DNA from: the human T2T-CHM13v2.0 reference genome, Homo sapiens
Strand: one strand, 5' to 3'
NCBI RefSeq assembly: GCF_009914755.1
Contig: NC_060941.1
Length of the DNA: 64,000 nt
Shown here: positions 1 through 12,723 of the stretch, one piece after another
How positions within the stretch are numbered: the first letter of the stretch is position 1
How the letters are laid out: every line of letters begins with the position of its first letter
Position numbers and translations under genes: made by a program
Notes under the pieces: model-generated
The model's database searches: none
Told to the model about the DNA's origin: nothing
Seen by the model: the letters and a program-made list of their open reading frames with translations, nothing else

Positions 1-186
1 CCAAAAATCTGAATTCACGCCTTGGTTCACCCTCAGGAGTTCTGTGAGTTAGCTGGGTCACCGCACTTTGTTTAGCCTCACTTTCCTCATCAGTAACATG
101 GGAGCAACAATCATCCCTGCTTTGTAGTCTTGCTCTGGGTATGCTGAGCACATAGCAAATAAATGCTCAACACCTGGGAACTATGA

Positions 187-501
<315 letters not shown>

Positions 502-1104
502 TATTATTGCTTTTAGTTATTCATATTATTGCATAGCCCAACCAGCTCTCTGCTTCCCTGGGAAAAGATTTGACAGTGGGAGGGGCAGAGGCCAGAACAG
601 GTGTTTTCTCCTGTCTTTAGGAGTTGGTAGAGTTTCCAACCCCTTTTCAACCTCCTCTCGCCCTACTACAAGTGTAAATATTTATTTCTGTCTCCTCCCA
701 TTATGTACTTCCACTTACATAGAATGTACATAGCTCACATTCTATGTAAGCTTCTTGACAGCAAAACCATCTTCTGTTTTGCTCACTGCTGCTTCTTCTG
801 TATCTTCATGCAGGGGGCTCCTCACCTATCAAGCAGGTTTCAGCTCACATGCCACCCCGGCAGAGTCCTTTCCTGAACACCCTGTCTTAAGTTTTTGTTT
901 CTTTACCGTATTGTCCTGCTTAGTACTCTCACAGTGTCATCACCACCAGACATGTTTATGTATCTTTGTTTCTCCTTGTCTCCCCCAGTTAAAAGGTAAA
1001 TTTCCCAAGGGTGGCACAGAGTAGCTACTCAATTAATATTTGCTAAATGGACACATGGCTAAATGACTCCAAGACAGTAACCTCTCACTTGTCTCACCCG
1101 GCAG

Positions 1105-1440
1105 GTGAAGGCTGAGCTGCGGAAATACTGGGTCCGCTTCTTGCTAGCCCGCCACTCAGGCTGCAGAGCCTGTGTCCTGGGGAAGGACTTCCGGTTCCTA
1201 GGAAAATGTCCCAAGAAGCTCTCGGAAGGAGATGGCGCTGAGAAGCTTCGGAAGCTGCAGCCCTCACTTAACAGTGGGCGGCTCCTACATCTAGCCATGC
1301 GAGGTCTTGGGGAGCTGGGCGCCCAGCCCCAACAGGACCATGCACGCTGGCCCCGGGGCAGCAGCCTGTCCGAGTGCAGTGAGGGGGATGTCACCATGGC
1401 CAACACCATGGAGGAGATTCTGGAAGAGAGTGAGATCTAG
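1105..1440 (+). CDS. GLP2R: Glucagon-like peptide 2 receptor, last coding exon (cytoplasmic C-tail VKAELRKYW...EEILEESEI*)
   Basis: Pyrimidine tract and CAG acceptor ending at 1104. 111 codons to TAG at 1438-1440. Translation matches the class B GPCR helix-8/C-tail of human GLP2R. GAC at 1186-1188 corresponds to Asp470. Confidence 0.96.
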   Translation: MKAELRKYWVRFLLARHSGCRACVLGKDFRFLGKCPKKLSEGDGAEKLRKLQPSLNSGRLLHLAMRGLGELGAQPQQDHARWPRGSSLSECSEGDVTMANTMEEILEESEI

Positions 1441-1839
1441 GGTGGAGTTCCACCACCCTGGCTCTGCTCCCAGGGACTCTTGAGGGGGCCCAGGAAGAGG
1501 AAGCAAAGCAGGACACACGTTGCTGGGCACGGAATCATTCTCGTTCCATTCACCATGCCACTTTGATATGAAAGCTATCACAAGGTTCTTCAAGCTCTGT
1601 ATGAAAGAGGCTGTGTGTCATGCTCACAGCCTCTGCCTGCTCTTCTCATCCTAATAACCCCCACCAGTGTGTTTTCCACAATGCCCACCAGACCCTAGGG
1701 CCTGGCTCTAAATTCAAGCCAATGAAGTCCCACCATGAAGAGAGGTCTCCTGTTATAGAGAAGCCAGCCAATATCTCTTCCTTTATCCCTTGGGGTGCAT
1801 GCTTTCCATCTGAGGTTGGGTTTAGGGTGCGTGAAAACC

Positions 1840-1985
1840 TCCTAGGAAGCTTTTAAAATGCAGAATCCTAGACTTGTGGCTAAGATTCTAAGACAGTGAG
1901 TCTGGGACCATGGCCAGGAATTGGAGCTGTTTAATAAGCATCCCAGGTAATTCTGCTGCAAGCCCACCCTTGGAGAACACTGGGC
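1840..1985. mobile_element. MER5-like hAT fragment in GLP2R 3'UTR
   Basis: ...cccaggtaattctgctgca...ttggagaacactg terminus resembles MER5. Confidence 0.5.
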
Positions 1986-2841
1986 AGGGTGAGAGGGAGC
2001 TAGAAGCGCCCCCATGTGGCCATGGCAGGATGCTGCAAGAGACAGTCTGCTCTCCCAGGTCAGCTGGGGTGTGCCTGCCCTCCTTGGAGAGTATGTAACT
2101 CCACCCACCAGAGTGCCACTCCTCTCTGCTCTTCCTCTCCTATCAAGTCTTGCCTCTCTCTCTCTTTGCCTCAGTTCTCTGTCCCTGCACAGCAGGAGTT
2201 CTGCTTGATCCTCCCTTTGAGGATTGGCCCCAGTGCCTGGGGACCCTCTGAATGTCGTCTTTGGTCTGTTCCTCTCCTTTCTGGCTCTATCTACCTTTCT
2301 GAGTTTGGCTTCTACCAGCCTGATTTACACTACCATTCTCTTGGGGCAAGGAATGTCCCCACCATTTTTGGTTTGCCATTGATGCATTGATTGTCACACC
2401 TGTTGTCCCAGGAAGTTGACCTATAACTCTCCATGGCCAGAGTCCCTGCTGATCAGAATTCAATTTGCCCAGTGGGAATAAATACTGAAAGCAGGAGGGC
2501 CCAGGTAAAGCAATAGGAGTTTGGCTGGATCTGGACATGCCCAGGGTGGCTCTGAGAGATCCAAGACTTTGCATCCACCAGCCTGTGGGATCTTTCCTGC
2601 CTACTGTGACCCATGGAGGCTGAGGAGGGCCCAGGCAGTTGGGGTCAGGCTCAATGACTGAAAGTATAGGGCAAGAGGCTGTAGGAAGATCAAGGGATGG
2701 ACATCCTTTGGAAACAGTGTGTTAATGCACAGGAGTGTCACTTTCATGGTATGTAAAATGCATGTGTACGTGGGTGGGGTATGTTGCTATGGGACTAAAT
2801 ACCACCTTGTCTTCGGGGGAGTCAGTTTGATACTCCTCAAG

Positions 2842-2989
2842 CAGGGCTGCCATATTTAGCAAACAAAAACAAGGTACTCAATTAAATTTGAATTTCAGAC
2901 AAATAGTCTTCTTGTATAAGTATATCCCATGGGCATATTTAATCTGAGATTGGAATTCAATCATGCATCTTGTCTTTTACTGGCATCTC
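2842..2989. mobile_element. MER53-like MITE, internally deleted
   Basis: cagggctgccatatttagcaaa...ttaaatttgaatttcagac...tactggca matches the recalled MER53 consensus. Confidence 0.6.
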
Positions 2990-3011
2990 TGTTTTCAAGG
3001 ATACTTTGCCA

Positions 3012-3391
3012 CAGGGCTGGGACTAGGGTGAAATAATCAAGGCACTCATCTCTAAAAAGCTCAAAGTAAATGATCAAAATAAATCATATTTTAATGCAAT
3101 ATTCTAAAAAAACAAATTAACAAACTACAGCCCATGAGCCATTTATAGAAATGAAATTTGATTGGAGCCAGGGGCAGGATAAGGGTGAGGCAGGAGAGGC
3201 CAGCTCTTGCAAGTGCAGGCTCTGGTCCTGACTTTCAAATGTTGTCTATGAGGGACTTTTAATGTGAATTTTTATTTTTAGACAATTGCATTAAAATGTT
3301 ATTTATATTGACTATGGGGACTTTTGGGGCCCCCTTAAATTTTGCACTTGAAATGGGATCCCCACTTGTGTCACCCCATAGTCCAGCCCTG
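3012..3391. mobile_element. MER96B-like hAT element with terminal inverted repeats
   Basis: Ends cagggctgggactagggtga / tcaccccatagtccagccctg are near reverse complements. Confidence 0.6.
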
Positions 3392-3814
3392 GTTTTAGGA
3401 TGGGGATGGAGGCAAAGGCATCAGGCAAGTAATGAAGCAAAGGTTTATTTTTTGGTGTCCAGATTATCCATAGCTCAGTCATGAAAATCTATGTCTTTCT
3501 ATTTTTCTCCTTTCTGCAAATGTCCCTGCCTCGGCTCATCAGCCAATTAGCTCCTAGAAAGCTGGGGTCATCTCGTATTCCCAGCAAGTACCCAGCACAG
3601 TGCCGGTTCAGAGCAGGTGCTCCACACACATTCCTGGAATGAGACAGCACAGAAATGGCTCTCGGGAGCCTCGGATGCTGCTGGGAGTAAGTGATCCAGG
3701 ACCTTACCGCTAAGAGGAGAAACTTTTTTTCAAAGCATTTATAAATACTCCCTCCACCCCTCACTCCACAAATGGGGTGATCAACACTTACTGCTTGCTC
3801 TTGTTCTGCTAATG

Positions 3815-3820
3815 ATTAAA
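3815..3820 (+). terminator. Poly(A) signal ATTAAA for GLP2R
   Basis: ATTAAA followed by a T/GT-rich tract (tttgcattttgttgattctttt). Confidence 0.65.
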
Positions 3821-4133
3821 ACAAGTTTATTTAATTTCATTTGCATTTTGTTGATTCTTTTACATTTGTCTCTCACTGGAGCTGAAGGTCTCTCCCACCC
3901 ATGAAGAATGCGATGCACTATTCCTGGCCAGAAGTGAGGAAAAGGGCTGTGGCGTTTAGCCAGGGACCTGGGTGCTCCAATATCTTAAATTTGGTCTTAG
4001 GGACCAGAGGAGTGGGCAGAGGGGCCGGGACCAGAAGCAGAGGTCAGAGGTCAAAAGAATGGAAGGAGAGTGTCTCCCCTTTTATAGACCACCCCATTGG
4101 TCACTCAGCTTGCCTGTTGCTTTGAAGATCTAG

Positions 4134-4492
<359 letters not shown>

Positions 4493-4632
4493 CCCTGGGA
4501 AGCTTTTTTAAAAGACCAGTGACAGGGTCTGACCCCAGAGGTTCTGATTGAAATGGTCTTACTAGACCTGGGCATTGGGATTTTTATAAGTTCCTGAGTG
4601 ATCTTTTTTAAATTGTGGCAAAATATATATAA

Positions 4633-5058
<426 letters not shown>

Positions 5059-6785
5059 TGAAACTCTACATCCATTAAACAATAGCCTCCCATTCTTTCC
5101 TCCCCAAGCCCCTGACAACTTCTACTTCCTGTCTCTGTGAATTTGCTTATTCTGGATACATCAGCTATAAGTGGAACTGTATAGTATGTATCCTTTTGTG
5201 ATCAGCTTATTTCACTCCCATAGTGCCCTCAAGGATCATCCACCTTGTAGTGTGTGTCAGAAATTCCTTTTTTAAAATGCTGAATAATATTCCATGCATA
5301 CCACATTTTGTTTATCTGTTCATCCATTGATGGACACTTGGCTTGTTTCCATGTTTGGCTATTGTGAATAATGCTGCTATTGGTAGGGATGTATAAACAT
5401 CTGGTTTCTGTTTTAAAAATTTGAGTATACCTACAAGTGGAACTGCTGAATCATATGGTGATTCTATATTTTCCCCAACAGCTGCGCCATTTTATATTCC
5501 CACCAGCAATGCATGAGGATTCCAAATGCTCCATGGCCTTTGCCAACATTTATTTTCTATTTTTTTATGATAACCATTCCTAATGGCTGTGAAATGGTAT
5601 CTCATTGTGGTTTTGATTTGCGTTTCCGGAATGACTAATGATGTCAAGCATCTTTTTATGTGCCTGCTGATTAGTCCTTTGTGAGTCTTCTTTAGAAAAA
5701 TATCTATTCAATTCTTGGCCCATTTTTCAATTGGATTGTTTGTTTTTTGTTGTTGAGTTGCAGGAATTCTTTATGCATTCTGAATATGGATACCTTATCT
5801 ATTATTTGCAAATATTTTCTCTCATTCTGTAGATTGTCTTTTTGCCTCTTGATAGTGCCCTTTTATGTAGAAAAGTTTTAAATTTTGTTGAAGTCCAATG
5901 TGTCTATTTGTTTTTCTTTTGCTGCCCGTGCTTTGGCATCAACGCCACCTGTGTGACTTTAATATGGGACCAAGGTTGAGAACATTGGAACTGAGGCAGA
6001 GGGGAAGGAGGTGAACCCTCCTCTGGAAACTGACAATACCTTGCCGAAGTCCAAATAAACTGAGTCTTTCTCCCATGTAGCATTTAGAGCTCAAATTCTT
6101 CCACAAGCACAGACTCAACTGATTCTCACAACTCTTAAGTGACAGGCAATGTAGGTGTGGCTGGCCCAGTTTTATTTTTTAAGGAGTGGTCATCCAGCTG
6201 GAGCCTAAGAGCCTGAGACACAGACATTTTTGGGCTTGTCTGATGAGTTTATATAACCATTAAGGGGCAGAAATGGGAGTGAAGTGGACAGCAGTACGGC
6301 GGCTGACCCCACTTGGCTCCATGGTCAGAGTCTGAGCCTGGTGAGAGAAGAGAAGCTTCAGACAAAAGCTAGGAGAGCTGTTTCCAGGAGGCAATGACAA
6401 AAGCTGTTTCCGTGACACATGCTACTTCCCATGGGGCTGTTCTGATAGACTCTAACCTAGAAGGCTCCTCAGCAGATCAGCACACAGCTTGGGTACATTA
6501 GGAGCACTGTGGCCTCGCCTGTGATTAGGAACGTAGTACTTGAGGGCAGCAATGGCACCTGGCACTAAGGGATCTATGGGTGAATCTGTGTGGGACACCT
6601 CCTGGAGATGCTAAAAATGCCCAAGAGACACTGCACAAGGGGCTGGGATCTTATGTGGGCAGGTGGCAACAGAAGCTCAGGCAGTTTGGATTATTGCTCT
6701 TAATGAGACCCATTTCTGCCCTTGAATTTACATGTACTTGAGGAGTCAGGGATCTAGAGACAGGAAATGACTTCCCCAAGGTCTC

Positions 6786-7343
6786 TATAGTAGACATCTA
6801 TTTTTAGAATCTGCCCTTCTTATAGTACCCCAATTTTCCTCTTGGAAAAACCACTCATCTCCTACTGTCAGTCCACGGAACTTGAGTTGTCCTGACTCTA
6901 TCCTCAGTTCAAGGATGGGCATAAAAATCTGCTGGCCAAGCAGAGCAGTACATCCTTCTGGCATCAGATATTGAGTCAGGCATGGGCATATAACTAACCA
7001 GAGACAGTGAGATGCAATCCTGACACTTTGGCTGGGACTCTTAAGAGAAAGCATTTTCTCTTTTCTGCTGAAATTGGAACCATGAAGAAGGCAGCCTGGA
7101 TCTGCTGGTGACCGTCCTGCCAGCATGGGAAGAACCTGTCTGAGAATGGTGGTGACAGCAGAAACCAGAACCAGGAGAGGGAGAAATGAACTCTGGGACA
7201 TTGTTGGAGCCCCTGGATTAAGCCATACCTGAAGCTAGCCCTACTCCTAGAATTTCAGCTATAAGAGCCAAGCAATTTCTATTTGTGCCACAATAATTTG
7301 TGCCAGGTCATCTACCTTTTGCATCTGGAAGAGTCTTGATGAC
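6786..7343 (+). mobile_element. MLT1-type (MaLR) LTR
   Basis: ccctggattaagccatacctgaagc...gaagagtcttgatgaca 3' terminus is typical of old MLT1. Confidence 0.6.
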
Positions 7344-8069
7344 ATAGCTCATCACTATCTCCACCTCCTCTTCCCTGTGGCCAAGTTGAACTTCATGCTT
7401 TATTTTCCACAAAGTGTCATACAGCTGTAGAGAATCTCAGCCCAAGTGGTCCTTCCACCCTAAGCTAAAAAAAGAGGCACTAATTAGGTTTTCACTCTTT
7501 GGCTCTCCCATTGAACCACAAACCAGCAAGGACCTAATTATGCAGTGTCTGTCCTTTTAGACTCAAGTGACAATGATAGACTGACCTCAGAGAGAAGTGA
7601 AAAGCCCCCAGCCTCATCCTCGAAGCAACCAGATTCATTCATGGAGTGTGGTGGAAAGAGCATTGAGCCCTTTGGTTATATTCCTAGAACACTCTGGACT
7701 GGACCCACAGAGTCTTTTATCTCCCACTGAACTGGCTTCTATATAGCCCACTATGTCTACATGGGAGAATGCCTTGGGTAGATGATTCTAGTAATAATCC
7801 TTCTCCTCCCAGAACCTCTGGACTCATGCCTTGTAGCCTCCTTCCCCTTTCCATCTCTGACATTGTGCAATCCTAGAGTTCTCTATCCTGCTGTGTCCAG
7901 GTCAAAACTATTGGAGAAATCTGGTGTAATCAAAGGGACTCCAGTTTAAGTACCAACTCCTACTCACACTTCCTGCCCTCAGTATCCTCATCTGTATTGT
8001 GCAGATAATAACATCTCCATCAATGAAATAATGATGGCAGAGTCTAGCATGGTGCACGGTTCATAAGTG

Positions 8070-8075
8070 TTTATT
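8070..8075 (-). terminator. Distal poly(A) signal AATAAA of RCVRN (long 3'UTR)
   Basis: TTTATT on + strand, ~1.75 kb after the stop codon. Confidence 0.55.
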
Positions 8076-9460
8076 CTCACGTTTGCTCTCCACACAGAGG
8101 AGTGCTCTTTGGCAGTGGTGATTGTGTCATCTCTGTGGCTAAAGTGGGGTCTGGAGGCATCACCACAATACCAGCAACTAGAGACTCCTCAGCCTCAAGA
8201 GGTTGCAGACAGGTCAGTCAAGAATCCAGGGTATCCATGCATTTTTCTGACCTCATCTTGGAACTTGAGGCTGGAGAATAAATGGGCCTTCAAAGCAACA
8301 AATCCAGGGATCTTGGAGAATGCACTGATGGAGTTCCTGGGTATCCCAGGCCCTGGAGCTTTGAGGAGGCAGTTGGGGGCCGGTGGGTAGCCCTTGCCTG
8401 ACCTCTGCTCATCAGCTGGCTGCCCTTGGGCAAGCTGCTTCCTGTCATTGGGACTCCTTTTCCTTGTCTCTAAAACAAGGGGCTTTAGGGCCATCTATGG
8501 CTCTGCCTTCACCTCATACTATATTGAAGCTGAATTCATCATTGTTCCCTGAAACCCCAAAGACTCTCTGTATTTCTCATCTCCATAGATGGCATTGCTA
8601 TTCACCCACTGCCCAAGCTACAGGCCTGGCTGCCATTCCTGCCCTCTCTCCTCCTGCCCCCTCAGCCAGCCAGGTGGATGCTACCTCCTAAATGTGTCCT
8701 CACTGGATCTGGTCCTCTCCATCCCATTGCCTTTCCCCTGGCCCAGGCCATCTGAGTGGCTGCAAAAGCTTATTCATCGGGCTCCCTGACTCCAGGGAGC
8801 CCCCAGTTGCTCCTCTCTGACTTATTTTAGCCTGCTGGGGACTTCTCTTACAAACATAAACCCCTCCTACTTCCAACTCCACAGTGGCACCGCTGTCCCC
8901 ATGGTGAGCCCCCAAGTGCTTACCACAGGCTGCAGGGAGGGCTTTGCGTGGTCCAGCCCCCGCCTACCTTTTAGATTCAGCTCACACTTTGCTCTCCCTC
9001 CTCCTTCTACCCTCCAGCCACCCCGACCTTCTCCTGGAACTCGAGATGGTCATTCATGCCTCAGCGGCTCTGTGTTGGCCGCCTTCTGTTTGAGACTTCC
9101 CCACCCCGACCCCGTCCCCCGCCTCGTGTGCAGTGGTTCTGAATTTAAATCTCCCTTCGTCAGGGATGTGGTCCCTGATCCCCCCTGACAAGTCAGCCCC
9201 TTCCACTGTGTCCTCCCCTGGTGCTCTGCACGTTTCCATGGTAACCTGGGCCACTGGTCATGGCTCCTTCCAGGTTCATTGTCCCCTCTGGACCATGAGC
9301 TCCATGACAGCAGGACCGCATTAGACTCATTCCGCACCAAAGCAGCCCAGCCTAGGGCTGCCATCGCAACACAGCCTTGTCTTTGAGGTGTGACTGATAG
9401 AAATCATTTCCTTTTCCAGTTGAAGGATGACCAGCAGCCACGTGCCCAGCTCAGCTTGCG

Positions 9461-9466
9461 TTTATT
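9461..9466 (-). terminator. Proximal poly(A) signal AATAAA of RCVRN
   Basis: TTTATT on + strand, ~365 nt after the stop codon. Confidence 0.75.
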
Positions 9467-9716
9467 GGAAACTGCTTACCCAGCACTCCACAAAGGAGCT
9501 TACAGCGGGGTGACACTTAGGACTCCTATGGCCTAATCCTGGGATTAGCACAGGGCCATGGGCTGGTGGACAGAGGGAGGGGTGGGACCGGGCATGATGG
9601 GAGGGAATGCTGAAGACCCAGGAAGAAGGAACCAGTGGGTCACTACAGATGCTTCAGTTTGGCAGGGAGCTGTGCTGTGGGCTTGTGTGCAGGCCTTTCT
9701 CTTGGCCCTGGGGTGG

Positions 9717-9717
9717 A

Positions 9718-9750
<33 letters not shown>

Positions 9751-9771
9751 GCATGTGTGTGTGTGTGCACA
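9717..9771. repeat. Compound (TG)n(CG)n(TG)n microsatellite in RCVRN 3'UTR
   Basis: 55 nt of uninterrupted purine-pyrimidine alternation. Confidence 0.95.
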
Positions 9772-9829
9772 GGCGCTCACGGGTGTCATGTGAGTGGTAG
9801 GTGGAGGGAGGACAGCTGAACAGTTGGCA

Positions 9830-9939
9830 TCAGGCGTTCTTCATCTTTTCCTTCACTTTTTGAGGCTCAAACTGGATCAGTCGCAGAATTTCCTTATTGG
9901 CCAGTGTCCCCTCAATGAATTCTTTCTCTGTAAGTTTAT
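9830..9939 (-). CDS. RCVRN: Recoverin exon 3 coding part ((D)KLTEKEFIEGTLANKEILRLIQFEPQKVKEKMKNA*)
   Basis: cacag|AT acceptor. 110 nt to TGA. The three exons total 603 nt = 200 aa plus stop. Confidence 0.97.
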
Positions 9940-10054
9940 CTGTGCATTGGGAAAAAATATATACGTACATAAAACAGTCAGGATTGATAGCCAAGTGAGC
10001 TGCGATGAGGCTGACATCTAGCCAGTATCCCCAGTGTGAATGTATCTATTATAA

Positions 10055-10093
10055 GAATATTGAATACTCAGTGGCCCTGAGTATTCAATATTC
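10055..10093. repeat. Perfect 17-bp inverted repeat with 5-nt spacer
   Basis: gaatattgaatactcag-tggcc-ctgagtattcaatattc. Confidence 0.97.
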
Positions 10094-11969
10094 CCCCACC
10101 CCAGTCCAGATACCCACCTCCTTTCCCATGACCCTTGGAGCTCCCTGCAGACCAGCAAAGAGCGGTGAATGACTGGCACTGGGGGGGCCCCCAAGATGCC
10201 AGTCTTGTGCTATGTGTCTCTTCCGATTGGCCGGTGCCCCTGCCTTGCTGGTTATTAAATACTTCAATAATTAATAACTATTAATTGTTATTCTATTTTC
10301 TATAGTAGCTCAAGTTTCAAGGATCAAGTTCAGGAGGAGCTTCTGGGGGTCTGAGCATAGCAAAACAATCTGGATGTCAGGCCCAGAGTCTCAGCTGAGA
10401 AGCAGGGAACAACATCCCTCCAGAAATAGGAGTGAGAAGTGAAGGGCCCAATGAGATCATGCCAGGGGGAGTGTGGCTTGCAGAGAGGTCTCTTTGGCAC
10501 CTGCAGCACACAGGCAGCCCCATGATTCCTGGCTGACAACTCCGCCATGATCCCTTCCTATGCATCCATCCCTGCGTCCCCCAGTCTCATCTGCCTCCTT
10601 ATTTGGGATCAGGACTGAGAGACAGCCTTGTTGCGCCCACACCTGGTTTTCCGGTGTTTTTAATCAGGTGGCTAACTGTATTCAGATCAGTCCAGTTAAA
10701 TGCATGGTCCTGAGCCCAGATGCCACTGTGCTTGGAGCCAAGGCCACCACAGGGAGCGGAGGCGGGGTGTACAATAGAAGAGAGTGAGATGAAGTCCCTC
10801 CCTGGGAAACTGTTGACCTGGCGGGGAAGGCAGTCACACGCAGAAATACCTCTAGCATGAGACAGATGCTCCTTTCTGTTGTATGTTCACAGTGCCTAGC
10901 ACAGAGTCGGTGCTCAACAAAGCTTTGCTGAACTGAATGTGATTTCTGACTTATGCTCTGGGCCTTTTGGATACCTTTAATCCCTTCTGGGTTAGGATCC
11001 AGGATGGCTTCCTCCGCAAGTCTGGGTGGTAAAATTTGGGTTTTAACATCCCAGCCACCCCACAGAGAGCTCACAGAGAGCTTGAAACTCCCACCATCAA
11101 AGCCTGACTCTGCCCTGAGGCATTGTCTCCAGATGGGCCGCGTGGAAACACGTACAACACATCACGAACAGGAGTAACACGTCGACCTCGGGGCTTCTGA
11201 CGTCATCCCCTCCCGGGATGTTCACCAGGGAGGTTTTCAGATGAGCAAAAAGCAGAACACAGGGCTCGACACATGAACGGACCCAGAGGGAGGTCGCGAA
11301 GCCAGTTAAGGAGCCAGTGGGGCAAAGTGCCAAAAGAAGGCATCTTGGTAGCCAGTGTCTGTGCAAGGAGGAGAGAGTGCTCAAAGGTGAGGGGCCAATC
11401 CGGGCCGATGAGGGAAAGGTGGGTAAAGTACCAAGGCGCGAATTTAAGGAGGCGCTCACTTTCAGGTCCTGTGAGTGCATTGTTGACCCCTGAGAACGAG
11501 CGCCTCCTTAAATTCTGTGTCCTATGTTCCTCCTACCCCAATGACCTTCATGCTTCTCTTATTTCATCATTTGTTGGCAGATTAGGAGGAGCAGGGTCAT
11601 CTCTCTCTGCCCTTATTTAGCATCCTGCTCAGCTTTTTCTTCTTGAACCTTGGCAGAAGACTGCCTCCAGAGGTCACCAAAGGGGTTAATACAGGACCCT
11701 TGGATGTGTTTGGGCCATGCTGTGTTTTATCAGTTGAGACACACTGGATTTTTAAAGTCTTCATGGCTGGCTTCTCTTAAAAAAAAATCAGATGATGTCT
11801 CAACCACGGGTTCCATAGCCCCACATGGAATATGCTGGAAGCCATCAGACCAGAGGTGCACCCTCTGCTGTTTGCCAATCCCCACTGCTTGTAGATGACT
11901 GTCCACATAACTCGTTTTCATCATTCCTGCCCCTCCAGCCATATGTGTTTGCAGCCCCAGCCTAATACC

Positions 11970-12425
11970 AGCTCCTTTACCGCATCCTTGTGCTGGCCGT
12001 AAGCATCACAGACACACAGCCCCAGCAGCCGAGTGCTGGAGTCCATCACTGCCTACAGTGCAGGATCACACTTCCTGGGGGCTGCTTCCAGCCACTGACT
12101 GACAGGGCAGGGGCACCAAGACTGACAGGGGCACTGAGGACACCCCATCGACTCTGTCAACACTTCCTCAGACTGCACTGCAGTCTCGGGCATTACTTAC
12201 CTAATCTTCCTTTCTTTCCTAACCTTCCTTTCTTTCCTAACCTTCCTTTCTTTCCCTCTCTCCCTGCCAGGGGTCAGATCTGCTTGGCAGTCTGATAGCT
12301 TTCCCAGCCTCCTCTCGATCCCAGCCTGTTTTCCTTCTTCAGCCTTTCCTCCCATAAATCTCTTGCAATCTCATTTAAATCTAATCCTATCTTGGTGGTG
12401 TTTCTCAGAGGACCCAAACCAACTT
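11970..12425 (+). mobile_element. LTR16-like ERVL LTR containing a 3x18-bp tandem repeat (12200-12253)
   Basis: 3' end ctaatcctatcttgg...tctcagaggacccaaac. Repeat unit cctaa(c/t)cttcctttcttt. Confidence 0.55.
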
Positions 12426-12723
12426 CCCAAAGTAAAACCATAGAAATACAGATCCCACTGACTTGGGACTCGATATTAATTCAAAGCTAGGGTGAGCTGA
12501 AGTTTGCTCTTGTTCTAATTGCACAGAAAACAGTTTTGGCTCCTGCTCACCCTTAAGGCCATTCCCCTGTCCAACCCTTCAAACAGCTCTGAAAATGCAC
12601 AATGGAATGAGGTGTCCCCCATCCTGCCTGGACACTGTGACTCAGAAGAATAAATCTTGTTGGGATTTCCAGGAAACAGCCCATGGTTGAAAAATCAAAG
12701 GCAATGAAGGAAAAGGAATTCAC

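Larger units (their letters stand above)
1441..3840 (+). other. GLP2R: GLP2R 3'UTR (end approximate)
   Basis: Follows the stop codon. ATTAAA at 3815-3820 is followed by a T-rich downstream element. Confidence 0.7.

Noticed and set aside
10266-10289. AT-rich imperfect palindrome aataattaata-ac-tattaattgtt
   Set aside because: Low complexity and expected by chance.
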